A DNA stretch of 64,000 bases from Acholeplasmataceae bacterium (GCA_963676425.1 OY781090.1:1324277-1388276); one strand, 5' to 3'. Counted from the first letter of the stretch, positions 30,992 to 41,440 are shown. Notes: generated by a model from the sequence alone, not told the origin. Program-made: numbers and translations.

Positions 30992-31921
30992 TTAGTAATT
31001 AATTTCATATATATCTAAGAGTTTCTTATATTTATCTTGTCCAAATAAACAAGTATCTATTAAGTATCCTCTTTCATCTAAATATTTACTTAATCCTCTA
31101 TAATATAAAGCTTTTATAGCGTCATCAATTGTAAAAGGTACGAGCCCATGTCTTAGACATTCTTTAAATGCAATGAGTCTTCCTACTCTACCATTACCAT
31201 CTTGAAATGGATGTATACATTCAAATTGATAATGGAAATCAATAATATCTTCAAAAGTATATGTTTTTTTATTTTCATATATACCAATTAAAGAAGCCAT
31301 TTTACTTTGAACTTCACTTGGTTTAGCTGTTTCAATACCACCAACTGTATTAATTCTTCTTTTATATTCACCCACATTAAACCAATCAAGTTTTGAATCA
31401 CTTGTATTTGATTTTAAAATCTTATGAATATCTTTAATAAGATTTTCAGTCACAGGTTCTAATGCTGACTTGATCATATAGTCTATACATCTAAAATGAT
31501 TTTGTGTCTCAATAACATCATCTATATTAATTGTTGTATCTTGATCAATTCCTATCGTATTTGTTTCAAAAATGTATCTCGTTTGATCTGCAGTCAATTT
31601 ACTACCTTCAATATGATTTGAATTATATGTTAGAAGAATTTGTGTCTCGTGATAAATACTGCCTTTAATTTTATGTGTCATTTCTTCTTTTAGTCTCAAC
31701 AATAATTCTGAAGAATTATCTACTGTAATAAATTCAACGACATCGTTTAAAGTAACATTCAAATATTTACATATTGCCTCTAATGTCTGTAGTGACACAT
31801 ATTCACCTTTTTTAAATTTAGCCTGTGTAGCAGAAGAAATATTAAGATCTTGCATCATTTGTGAGAGTGTTATGTTTCGTTTATTTAAAACATTATATAA
31901 TCCTCTAAAATTCATACTCAT
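30992..31921 (-). CDS. XRE-type HTH domain fused to a Fic (AMPylase family) domain
   Basis: N-terminal HTH (ITLSQMMQDLNISSATQAKFKKGE). Fic motif HPFQDGNGRVGR at 31178..31213. Inhibitory-helix motif SNHIEG (S-x-x-x-E-G) at 31604..31621. Confidence 0.88.
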   Translation of the reverse strand: MSMNFRGLYNVLNKRNITLSQMMQDLNISSATQAKFKKGEYVSLQTLEAICKYLNVTLNDVVEFITVDNSSELLLRLKEEMTHKIKGSIYHETQILLTYNSNHIEGSKLTADQTRYIFETNTIGIDQDTTINIDDVIETQNHFRCIDYMIKSALEPVTENLIKDIHKILKSNTSDSKLDWFNVGEYKRRINTVGGIETAKPSEVQSKMASLIGIYENKKTYTFEDIIDFHYQFECIHPFQDGNGRVGRLIAFKECLRHGLVPFTIDDAIKALYYRGLSKYLDERGYLIDTCLFGQDKYKKLLDIYEINY

Positions 31922-31951
31922 ATGATCACCTCATAATTATTATACCATTAA

Positions 31952-31998
31952 ATTTAGTTTTCTAAATATTTTATTGATATATATTTAGTTTTCTAAAT
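31952..31998. promoter_or_regulatory. Two identical 16-bp palindromic operator-like sites upstream of the HTH-Fic gene
   Basis: ATTTAGttttCTAAAT occurs at 31952..31967 and 31983..31998, with 31 bp centre-to-centre spacing. The proximal copy lies just upstream of a TATAAT box (minus strand, 31939..31944). Confidence 0.55.
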
Positions 31999-32009
31999 TT
32001 ATCCAGTCA

Positions 32010-32036
32010 ATAAAAAACCACTCATTTGAGTGGTTC
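32010..32036 (-). terminator. Rho-independent terminator after dnaB
   Basis: Stem AACCACTC/GAGTGGTT (32016..32035), followed on the minus strand by TTTTTATT. Confidence 0.65.
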
Positions 32037-32043
32037 TATCTTT

Positions 32044-33405
32044 TTAGTCTCTATATGCTTCGTAAGAAGTATCTTCTCTTTCTTCTTTAGATAAGAATCT
32101 AGAGAATTCAGTATCAAATCTAAATGGCAACATAATACCTGCAGCACCTTGACGGTTTTTTGCTACAATTAACTCTACGTCTCCAGTTTTCTTTTCAACA
32201 TCACGTTGGTAATAATCATTTCTATATAAGAACATAACGATATCGGCATCTTGCTCAATAGATCCAGATTCACGAAGATCGGCAAGCACCGGTCTCTTAT
32301 CTTCACGTTTTTCAACATCACGTGATAATTGAGATAATGCTAATACTGGAATTTTTAACTCTCTGGCCATTTCTTTTAAGCTTCTTGAAATTTTAGCAAC
32401 TTCTTCTTGTCTATTACCGCTTCTTGAATCACCTTTAATTAATTGAAGGTAGTCAATAACAACAAAGTCTAGTTTGCCTTCTTGTTTTAATTTACGACAT
32501 TTCGCTCTAATATCAGCAACTGTTACAGCAGCTGAATCATCAAAGAAGATTTGTAGTAGAGAAAGTGTTTGAATACCACCTTCCATATGTTGCCATTCAG
32601 GTGCTGTTAAATGTCCACTCTTAATTTTAGAGTTTTCGACATTTGATTCTGCACTAAGCATTCTGGCAGCAATCTGATCGTTACTCATTTCCAGTGAGAA
32701 AATCGCAACTCCAGCTTTACCTTCTTTATTCTTTTTAGCGATATTAATCGCTAGGTTAATCGCGAATGCTGATTTACCCATAGATGGACGTGCAGCTAAG
32801 ATAATTAACTCTTCACTTTGAAGACCTGCAGAAAGTTTATCGAATTCAGCGAATCCTGTTGATAAACCTGTAATACCACCTTTTTTATTTCTATTCATTT
32901 CAGTCTTTTCTTTAACGACTTGAATAACTTTATCAATTTGAGTGAATGCTGATGTTTTACGTTTTTGAGCTAAAGCAAATATTTCTTCTTCCGCTCTAGT
33001 AATATAATCAAAAGCCATTTCATCCTTTTGATAACCATCTTCTACAATATCACTTGCAAGTCTGATGACTTGTCTTTTTAATGAGCCATCTTTAACAAGA
33101 TCAATATATGTTTCTAAGTGATCAATTGATGGAACCATATCAGCAAGTTGTAATAAATACTTTCTACCACCTGCTCGTTCTAAACTTTGTGTTTGTTCTA
33201 ATCTAGAAGCCACACTCGCATAGTCAATATTTAAAGATTCATTAAATAAATCTTTCATCGCTTTAAAAATCAGTACGTGACTTTGTTCAAAGAAATCATA
33301 TTCAGTTAATTCATCAACAACAGTAACAATCTCTTTAGGATCTAGAAATACAGTACCTAAAACTGATTGTTCGGCCTCTTGATGATAAGGTAAAACTTTT
33401 GCCAT
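32044..33405 (-). CDS. dnaB: Replicative DNA helicase
   Basis: LPYHQEAEQSVLG N-terminus, Walker A ARPSMGKSAF, VIDYLQLI; 453 aa. Confidence 0.96.
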   Translation of the reverse strand: MAKVLPYHQEAEQSVLGTVFLDPKEIVTVVDELTEYDFFEQSHVLIFKAMKDLFNESLNIDYASVASRLEQTQSLERAGGRKYLLQLADMVPSIDHLETYIDLVKDGSLKRQVIRLASDIVEDGYQKDEMAFDYITRAEEEIFALAQKRKTSAFTQIDKVIQVVKEKTEMNRNKKGGITGLSTGFAEFDKLSAGLQSEELIILAARPSMGKSAFAINLAINIAKKNKEGKAGVAIFSLEMSNDQIAARMLSAESNVENSKIKSGHLTAPEWQHMEGGIQTLSLLQIFFDDSAAVTVADIRAKCRKLKQEGKLDFVVIDYLQLIKGDSRSGNRQEEVAKISRSLKEMARELKIPVLALSQLSRDVEKREDKRPVLADLRESGSIEQDADIVMFLYRNDYYQRDVEKKTGDVELIVAKNRQGAAGIMLPFRFDTEFSRFLSKEEREDTSYEAYRD

Positions 33406-33414
33406 ATCACATAC

Positions 33415-33858
33415 CTACTTTTCTATAACTTTTACTTCGAATTGCGCCTTAATATCTTTGTGTAATGATACAAATGCTGTATATATACCAATAGAGTTGA
33501 TTTCACTTTGCAATTCTAGTTTTTTCTTATCTATTAGTATACCATGAGTTTCTTGAAATGCTTCAGCAATTTGTTTAGTTGTGATACTTCCAAATTGTTT
33601 ACCATCTTTACCCACTTGTATTTGTAATACAACTTGTTTACCATCAATTTCAGATTTAAGTTTTTTCATTAAATCTAAATGACGTTGTTCAGCTTCTTTT
33701 TGTTTTTGTTTTTCAGCCTCTAAACTAGATAAATTATCATCACTTGCGAGTACTGCTTTCTTTTGATTTAGTAAGAATTGACCATATCCGTTTGCAACTT
33801 CAATAATCTCATCTTTCTTACCTTTACCTTTAACATCAGTTGTTAAAATTACTTTCAT
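33415..33858 (-). CDS. rplI: Ribosomal protein L9 (internal in-frame start within the gdpP ORF)
   Basis: MKVILTTDVKGKGKKDEIIEVANGYGQFL is a canonical L9 N-terminus. SD GGTGGAGG lies 8 nt upstream of ATG 33856..33858. 147 aa. Confidence 0.85.
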   Translation of the reverse strand: MKVILTTDVKGKGKKDEIIEVANGYGQFLLNQKKAVLASDDNLSSLEAEKQKQKEAEQRHLDLMKKLKSEIDGKQVVLQIQVGKDGKQFGSITTKQIAEAFQETHGILIDKKKLELQSEINSIGIYTAFVSLHKDIKAQFEVKVIEK

Positions 33859-35847
33859 CTTTTCGCCTCCACCATATTCCATTTCTACATACATACGTAA
33901 AGATTCATAAACTTCACGAATTGATGTATCTTTAATTTGAGCAGCAGCACTATTAAAGTGTCCACCACCACCGATCATTTCCATTAATATTTGAACATTG
34001 ATATCATGAATACTTCTTGCTGATACGGCAACCGTATGGTCATCCATTCTCGCAATTGTAAATGCTGCATCAATACCATTAATCTCTAATGCTGCATCTG
34101 ATACTTGAGCAAGTAATACTCTATCTTCATAAATATCAGATGTTACAATAAATGCAAATTTGTTTAACACTATTTCTACTTGGTCTAATAAGTTATTAAT
34201 TTCCATAATACGCATCATATCACGTCTTAACCACGTTTTAACTAAAGTAGCATCTGCACCCAATTCTTTTAGTCTAGATGCGACTTCAAATGTTCTTGAT
34301 GATGTTCTAAATAAGAAATTAGATGTGTCTACAATTAAACCACCATACATGATTGATGCTTCAATTGGAGATATCTTAGTTTCTTCTTCTATATTATAAA
34401 AACCAATGAGATCCATCATAAGTTCTATCGTTGAACTTGCTGATGGTTCGATAATTGAGAATATCGCATTGAATCTTTCTTCACCAGCTCTATGGTGATC
34501 AATAACGATGACGTTTTCTGTTTTTTCTAATAATTGCGGTACCATCACCATTTTTGGAGATTGTGAATCAACAACAATTAATAAACTTTGTTCTTTAATA
34601 TTTTCTAAAGCTTGAAGTCCTGTAACTACTTCTTCATCAATATCACTTAATTGATCTTTAACTGCTTCATATACTTTAGTCACTGTAGGATCTAACTTAT
34701 CTTTATCAACAACGATATAAGCTTTCTTCTTTGAAGCCCTTGTCATATGATAACAAGCTAGTGCAGATCCAAAAGCATCCATATCAGACATGTGATGACC
34801 CATGATATATACATCTGCAGCTTTTTCAATAAAATCTTTGATTGTTTGTGCATTAATTCTAACACCAACTCTTGAGTTCTTAATAGAGGCATCAGATTTC
34901 GCACCAAAGTACATAATTTTTTGATCTTGAATATTAACTACAACTTGATCTCCACCGCGTTTTTCGGCTAAATCTACAGCATTTTGAGCATAAACACCAA
35001 TTTCTTCATATGAGATATCCCAAGAAGCGATACCCATTGATATTGATACTCTAACTTTTTCTTCTGCTGAGATTTTTCTAATCTTATCTAATAGACTAAA
35101 TTTATTTTCAATCATTAAATTTAAGTTTTTACGATCAGTTACTAGTAAAATCTTTTCATCTGCGAACGGTTTAACATAACAATCAAAGTCAGCTGCCCAA
35201 TCATTGATAGCTGCTAAATAATCACCTTTAATCATTGATTGTTCTGAAACATCTAGAACTGATAATGCTTCATCTAAGTTATCTAAGAAAACTAAAGCTA
35301 AAGCTGGAATTTGTTCTTGATATTTTTGGAACACTCTTTCTCTTTGTGTTGCTTCAAATAAATAGAAGAAACGATATTCTGGACGATAGGTAACATCATA
35401 ATACTTATCATCTTTTTCTATAATAAAATTCATTTTACTATGTGTGACTAAATCATACATACGTTCATGAATATCTTCTAATTTTTTACCATTAACCTTA
35501 TGTCCAAATATTGTTTGGGCATGAGGGTTTGTCCATTTAATTTCAAAATTCTCATCGACTGCTATCATGCCAATTGGTAATTCATTAAATATCTCATCAC
35601 CGGCTTGTGAAATATGATAAGAAAGTTTAGACCACATTTGTAATCTATTTTGCAATGTTGATATCTTTTGATGTGATCGTTGATTAAGTAGAATAAACAT
35701 ACCTACAAATAATAAGACATTCGCAAAAAAAATCACGATAAACGCAATCAATTCACGTGATGATTCAAAACCTAAATAAGGTAGATATAAAATTATCCCA
35801 ACGCCAGCAAATACTGCTGCTAATGCTAAAAATATCCAACGTTTCAT
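33415..35847 (-). CDS. gdpP: GdpP-type c-di-AMP phosphodiesterase (2 TM, PAS, degenerate GGDEF, DHH/DHHA1) with no stop codon before rplI, giving an 810-aa GdpP-L9 fusion ORF
   Basis: Two N-terminal TM helices; LPIGMIAVDENFEIKWTNPHA (PAS-like); HHMSDMDAFGS, VIDHHR (DHH); GGGHFNSAAAQ (DHHA1). The junction reads ...YVEMEYGGGEK-MKVILTT with no stop codon. Confidence 0.85.
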   Translation of the reverse strand: MKRWIFLALAAVFAGVGIILYLPYLGFESSRELIAFIVIFFANVLLFVGMFILLNQRSHQKISTLQNRLQMWSKLSYHISQAGDEIFNELPIGMIAVDENFEIKWTNPHAQTIFGHKVNGKKLEDIHERMYDLVTHSKMNFIIEKDDKYYDVTYRPEYRFFYLFEATQRERVFQKYQEQIPALALVFLDNLDEALSVLDVSEQSMIKGDYLAAINDWAADFDCYVKPFADEKILLVTDRKNLNLMIENKFSLLDKIRKISAEEKVRVSISMGIASWDISYEEIGVYAQNAVDLAEKRGGDQVVVNIQDQKIMYFGAKSDASIKNSRVGVRINAQTIKDFIEKAADVYIMGHHMSDMDAFGSALACYHMTRASKKKAYIVVDKDKLDPTVTKVYEAVKDQLSDIDEEVVTGLQALENIKEQSLLIVVDSQSPKMVMVPQLLEKTENVIVIDHHRAGEERFNAIFSIIEPSASSTIELMMDLIGFYNIEEETKISPIEASIMYGGLIVDTSNFLFRTSSRTFEVASRLKELGADATLVKTWLRRDMMRIMEINNLLDQVEIVLNKFAFIVTSDIYEDRVLLAQVSDAALEINGIDAAFTIARMDDHTVAVSARSIHDINVQILMEMIGGGGHFNSAAAQIKDTSIREVYESLRMYVEMEYGGGEKMKVILTTDVKGKGKKDEIIEVANGYGQFLLNQKKAVLASDDNLSSLEAEKQKQKEAEQRHLDLMKKLKSEIDGKQVVLQIQVGKDGKQFGSITTKQIAEAFQETHGILIDKKKLELQSEINSIGIYTAFVSLHKDIKAQFEVKVIEK

Positions 35848-35914
35848 ATAAGCACCTACTTATTCATATTATATCAATAATATGAGTCAAATACAATAAA
35901 CTATGCATCAAGGG

Positions 35915-35943
35915 CATAAAAAAAAGCTGCAAGATTGCAGCTT
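35915..35943 (-). terminator. Rho-independent terminator after rpsR
   Basis: Stem AGCTGCA/TGCAGCT (35925..35942), followed on the minus strand by TTTTTTTT. Confidence 0.7.
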
Positions 35944-35948
35944 CTAAA

Positions 35949-36188
35949 TTATTCTTTTACGAATGGTAGCAATGCCATATGGCGAGCACGTTTGATTGCG
36001 ATTGCTAATGGTCTTTGCCATTTAGCAGATGTTCCAGTCACACGTCTTGGTAAAATCTTACCGCGATCAGTGATAAATCTTCTTAATAATTCAACATCTT
36101 TGTAATCGATATGTTCTACTTTATTTTGTGTAAAGTAGCATACTTTTTTACGTCTCTTGTAGCCACCACGTCTATAGTTATTAGCCAT
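35949..36188 (-). CDS. rpsR: Ribosomal protein S18
   Basis: RRKKVCYFT...IDYKD...[18 protein letters not shown]; 79 aa. Confidence 0.96.
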   Translation of the reverse strand: MANNYRRGGYKRRKKVCYFTQNKVEHIDYKDVELLRRFITDRGKILPRRVTGTSAKWQRPLAIAIKRARHMALLPFVKE

Positions 36189-36202
36189 ATTTGGTTTCCT
36201 CC

Positions 36203-36643
36203 TTAGAATGGTAAATCTTCTTCAGCTGCGAGTTGTTTACTTGTTTCGTAAAACTCGTCGCTGTCATCATTTGAAGCTTTTGTTTGGTCAGTATATCCAG
36301 AATAACTATTGTTATTACTGCTATCGCTCTTGTTTTCTAAGAACTGTACTGAGTCACAAACCACTTCCGTAATGTATCTAGTGCCTGTTTCAGCTTCATA
36401 CGTACGCGTTTGAATTCTTCCTTCAACGCCTAGTAATGCACCTTTTTGAATATATTGTGCTAAGTTTTCGGCTTGTTTGCGCCATACGATACATTGAATA
36501 AAATCTGCTTGACGTTCACCTGAAGCATCAGAAAATTGACGGTTAACAGCCAGCGTAAAATTAACAAATGCTATGTTTGACTGAGTCATTTTTAATTCTG
36601 GATCTTTAGTGATACGTCCAACTAGGATAACGCGATTAATCAT
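36203..36643 (-). CDS. ssb: Single-stranded DNA-binding protein
   Basis: [19 protein letters not shown]-fold N-terminus and acidic tail EEDLPF. Confidence 0.95.
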   Translation of the reverse strand: MINRVILVGRITKDPELKMTQSNIAFVNFTLAVNRQFSDASGERQADFIQCIVWRKQAENLAQYIQKGALLGVEGRIQTRTYEAETGTRYITEVVCDSVQFLENKSDSSNNNSYSGYTDQTKASNDDSDEFYETSKQLAAEEDLPF

Positions 36644-36644
36644 A

Positions 36645-36932
36645 TTATTCGCCTTCCTTTACAACAATGTAACGAATTACTTCTTCAGTAATATTTACAA
36701 CACGGTTATATTCAGCAATTGCTTCTGGTGTAGCGTTAACAAGTAACCATACATAGTAACCTTTGTTGAAATGTTGAATTTCATATGCTAAATCTTTAAG
36801 TCCTAACTCTTTAAGTTCTAGTACTTCACTATTGTAGTTAGCAAAAATTTCTGAGAAATTGTTTACAATACCTTTAATACTTTCACTTTCAACAGTTGGA
36901 CGGATGATATACATAATTTCGTATTTTTTCAT
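36645..36932 (-). CDS. rpsF: Ribosomal protein S6
   Basis: [13 protein letters not shown]-terminus; 95 aa; rpsF-ssb-rpsR synteny. Confidence 0.95.
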   Translation of the reverse strand: MKKYEIMYIIRPTVESESIKGIVNNFSEIFANYNSEVLELKELGLKDLAYEIQHFNKGYYVWLLVNATPEAIAEYNRVVNITEEVIRYIVVKEGE

Positions 36933-36999
36933 CTTTCTACCTCCTTCTGGTCTTTGGTCTCACTCTGAAGTAAGACAAGGATATATCTTACGCCAAATC

Positions 37000-37028
37000 A
37001 TTATATCATATATACCTATATATGACAA
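37000..37028 (-). promoter_or_regulatory. Sigma-70-type promoter for rpsF-ssb-rpsR
   Basis: Minus strand TTGTCA-17 nt-TATAAT (-35 at 37023..37028, -10 at 37000..37005), about 60 nt upstream of the rpsF ATG. Confidence 0.55.
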
Positions 37029-37505
37029 CTATATACCTGTTTTTTTCATAATAAATGAATTTAGTGATTGATAGATCTCATCAACTGTTTTTTGTTGAGC
37101 TTCTATCCTTGTTTCTTCACTAAATTTTAAATGATATATTTCACAAGATTCTCTATGACAAATCGCATAGTAAGCATGTCTTTCGTTCTTGCCTTCTTGG
37201 TTTGTTGGACCTGCATCTCCAGTGATGCCTACTGATATATGTGTATTAAATAATTTCAATACAGAAGTCGCCATTTTTTGAGCGATCTCCTTAGACACAA
37301 CACCATATGTTTTAATATCATTTGAATCTATATATAATACTCTATTTTTAATCTCATTTGAATAAGCTACAATACTACCTTTGAATACAATGGAAGCTCC
37401 AGGAAGTTCAGTTAACTTAGATGATAGTAAGCCACCAGTCATACTCTCAGCAAAACTAATTGTTAATTGTTTTTCTTTAAGTAATTTTAGTGTTTTTTCT
37501 ATCAT
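37029..37505 (-). CDS. pncC: CinA C-terminal domain / PncC-type nicotinamide-nucleotide amidase
   Basis: TISFAESMTGGLLS and SVGITGDAGP motifs; 158 aa. Confidence 0.85.
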   Translation of the reverse strand: MIEKTLKLLKEKQLTISFAESMTGGLLSSKLTELPGASIVFKGSIVAYSNEIKNRVLYIDSNDIKTYGVVSKEIAQKMATSVLKLFNTHISVGITGDAGPTNQEGKNERHAYYAICHRESCEIYHLKFSEETRIEAQQKTVDEIYQSLNSFIMKKTGI

Positions 37506-39289
37506 GATAATGTCACGACAATTTCTAATGTTAATACATTACCTTGATCATCAATTCTTATAACACTTAAAGTGATATCTGTACCAAAGTCTTTGCCTGT
37601 TAATTCAGCTATAAGTTCATCAGTCGTAATAACATCAATACCATTAACTGCAACGATCAAGTCAAATAATTCAATCACATTATAAGCGTTTCTCGTATAG
37701 TCAAATCCTGTAACTAATACACCACTTGTATATTCTTCTGGATAATTAATACCAGTTGATTCATCAAATGCTTTATCATAATTAACAACTGTTACACCTA
37801 ATTTAGGTGATCTTTCAATTAATTGCCAACCTTCTTCAGTGAATTTTGAAATAGCATTTCCAACAGCATTGATATTTAGACTATAATTAATACCTTCAGT
37901 ATAAACGACATCACCATCAGCATTCATATTAACAACTTTAGCAACGTTAACACCAATGACTTCACCATTTAAATTAAATAATGGTCCACCACTGTTACCA
38001 GGATTAATTTCAGCTTCATGTACTAATCCTAAATTCATCACACCACGATATGTATAATTTAATTTAGAGATAATCCCTTGAGTTGCATAATTATGAAACA
38101 AAGTTGAATAAGGTGTACCTATTGCGTAAACATCTTGGCCAACAACAATATCAACATAATCTAATGCATTAATTGGTGGAATATCATATACTGGTAATTC
38201 TTCTTCAGTTTCAACACGCAAAACTGCAACATCATAATTTTCATTTGCTTGATAATCAGTGACGGCAACTTCATCTTCATCAGCTGCAAACTTAATTCTT
38301 ACTTCTGAACTCGAACTTACAACGTGATTATTTGTTAATACATAATAACGAAACCCGCCAGTTTCTAATACCTCTTTTTTATAGATGATACCTGATCCAA
38401 GTCCACCACTACCAATAACTGAAATAATTGAAGGTGTGACGCTTGCGATCATGTCTTTTGCGATATCATTATAATTTAGATCATTTGATACTGATAATTC
38501 TGTAGGTGTTTCCTCACTTAATTGAAACGCACTATCAAAGCCAAGTACGATAGGTGCTAATATATTCATATCTAATGCATAGTTGATACCTTCAATAGGA
38601 ATACCATCAACTGTATCATCAGTCATATATAATTTAGTTAATTGAATACCAATAAGTTCACCATCAATATCAAATATCGGTGCACCTTCCATACCAGGAT
38701 TAGTTTCAGCACTATGAACAAACACTAAATCATTAACATTACCATATTGATTGTGAAGTTTACCTAAGATACCTTGTGATACATAATTAAATAATGTTTG
38801 TGAGTAAGGTGTACCTATCGCATACACATCTTGTCCTTGAACTAGTGGGACGCTCGTACCTGACAACTGTGTAATATTAAACACACTTAAAACAGCAGTT
38901 GTTTCAAAGTAAACAACAGCAATATTATAAGTTTCATCAGACTTAATTTCAGTCACTTCAAATGATTGTCCATTTTCTAATACAACATCAACATCAACAA
39001 CTTCAAGATAACCTGTAATATTTGAATATGCAGTTAACACAGCATATTTATATGTATGAGTTGTTGTATCAATTTCTTCTTGATAGAAAATAATACCTGA
39101 ACCATAATCACTTGGATTTTCTACAACGACAACAGCATCTGATACTTCATTAATCATCTCAATACGCATACTTTCATAATCGCTTGGTGATTCATAATCA
39201 GTATCTGCTTGTAAATTTAAATTACAACTTGCAAGTACAACAATCAACATTGCACTTAAAATAAGCATACCTACTTGTTTAATTCTCAT
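37502..39289 (-). CDS. Lipoprotein with tandem trypsin-like (S1C/HtrA-type) domains and a C-terminal PDZ-like domain; the first protease domain is degenerate
   Basis: Lipobox VVLASC. Domain 2 has VLTNNHVV, NYDVAVLRV and NPGNSGGPLFN. Domain 1 has VLTAYSNI, TYNIAVVYF and NPGMEGAPIFD at the equivalent positions. Confidence 0.85.
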   Translation of the reverse strand: MRIKQVGMLILSAMLIVVLASCNLNLQADTDYESPSDYESMRIEMINEVSDAVVVVENPSDYGSGIIFYQEEIDTTTHTYKYAVLTAYSNITGYLEVVDVDVVLENGQSFEVTEIKSDETYNIAVVYFETTAVLSVFNITQLSGTSVPLVQGQDVYAIGTPYSQTLFNYVSQGILGKLHNQYGNVNDLVFVHSAETNPGMEGAPIFDIDGELIGIQLTKLYMTDDTVDGIPIEGINYALDMNILAPIVLGFDSAFQLSEETPTELSVSNDLNYNDIAKDMIASVTPSIISVIGSGGLGSGIIYKKEVLETGGFRYYVLTNNHVVSSSSEVRIKFAADEDEVAVTDYQANENYDVAVLRVETEEELPVYDIPPINALDYVDIVVGQDVYAIGTPYSTLFHNYATQGIISKLNYTYRGVMNLGLVHEAEINPGNSGGPLFNLNGEVIGVNVAKVVNMNADGDVVYTEGINYSLNINAVGNAISKFTEEGWQLIERSPKLGVTVVNYDKAFDESTGINYPEEYTSGVLVTGFDYTRNAYNVIELFDLIVAVNGIDVITTDELIAELTGKDFGTDITLSVIRIDDQGNVLTLEIVVTLS

Positions 39290-40050
39290 TGTTCATCATC
39301 TCCTAATTGGAATAATTTTGTAGCATTCTTAGTTGTTTGTTTTTCTATTTCCATAACTTCACTACCTCTGAGTTCTGCAATGGCTTCTAAAACAAGTTTT
39401 ACACGTTTTGGCTCATTGCGTTTCCCTCTAAAAGGATGTGGAGATAAAAAAGGGCTATCTGTTTCTATTAATAATTTGTCTAATGGTATTTCTTTTGCTA
39501 TTTCTTTTATTTCTGGTGCATTCTTAAATGTTACCGGTCCATCTATGCCGACATAAAAACCTAAATCTATAGCTTTCTTTGCATCTGCTAAATCGGATGA
39601 AAAGCAATGAAACACACCACGGACTTTGCCTTTGTAAGGCAATAAACAGTTATATGTTTCTGTAAATGAATTTCTCGTATGTACGACTAATGGTAAATCA
39701 TATTCTATAGATAATTCTATTTGTTTTATAAACATTTCTATTTGTAAATCTTTGTTATCAGTTGTGTGATAAAAGTCTAGACCACACTCTCCAACAGCAA
39801 CTACTTTAGGATGACTAAATAAAGGCTCAATACCTTCTAATGTGCCTTCATTTACATCAACTGGATGAAGTCCTACTGTTGCGTATAAACCACTATATTT
39901 TTCTGCAAGTTCGATTGCTCTTTGATTATGATATGTGTCCATACCGATAACTAAAAGTTTTTCTACACCTGCTTGTTTTGCTTCTAAAATTACTTGATCA
40001 ATATCTTGATCATAATCTTTCATATTAATGTGACAATGCGTATCTATCAT
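39286..40050 (-). CDS. tatD: TatD family metal-dependent hydrolase (DNase)
   Basis: MIDTHCHIN, VGECGLDF, ETDSPFL; 254 aa. Confidence 0.9.
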   Translation of the reverse strand: MIDTHCHINMKDYDQDIDQVILEAKQAGVEKLLVIGMDTYHNQRAIELAEKYSGLYATVGLHPVDVNEGTLEGIEPLFSHPKVVAVGECGLDFYHTTDNKDLQIEMFIKQIELSIEYDLPLVVHTRNSFTETYNCLLPYKGKVRGVFHCFSSDLADAKKAIDLGFYVGIDGPVTFKNAPEIKEIAKEIPLDKLLIETDSPFLSPHPFRGKRNEPKRVKLVLEAIAELRGSEVMEIEKQTTKNATKLFQLGDDEQ

Positions 40051-40116
40051 AAATTCATACCTCTATGTTATTTTAACATAGAATTTAAACTATAAATTGA
40101 TACACACTTAATTTTA

Positions 40117-40152
40117 CACAAAAACAAAAAAGCACAGCTTTCGCTATGCTTT
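40117..40152 (-). terminator. Rho-independent terminator after tuf
   Basis: Imperfect 9-bp stem AAGCATAGC/GCTGTGCTT (one mismatch) at 40130..40152, followed on the minus strand by TTTTTTGTTTTTG. Confidence 0.55.
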
Positions 40153-40171
40153 AAGTTTTTTAAGTTAAATA

Positions 40172-41356
<1,185 letters not shown>

Positions 41357-41411
41357 TGTAATATTTCCTCCTAATTTATAAGAAATTAATTATTTTTTAT
41401 TTACCATATTT

Positions 41412-41440
41412 ATTCTATATGAATTTATGATTTTTTGCAA
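41412..41440 (-). promoter_or_regulatory. Candidate internal promoter for tuf
   Basis: Minus strand TTGCAA-17 nt-TAGAAT in the fusA-tuf spacer. Confidence 0.4.
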
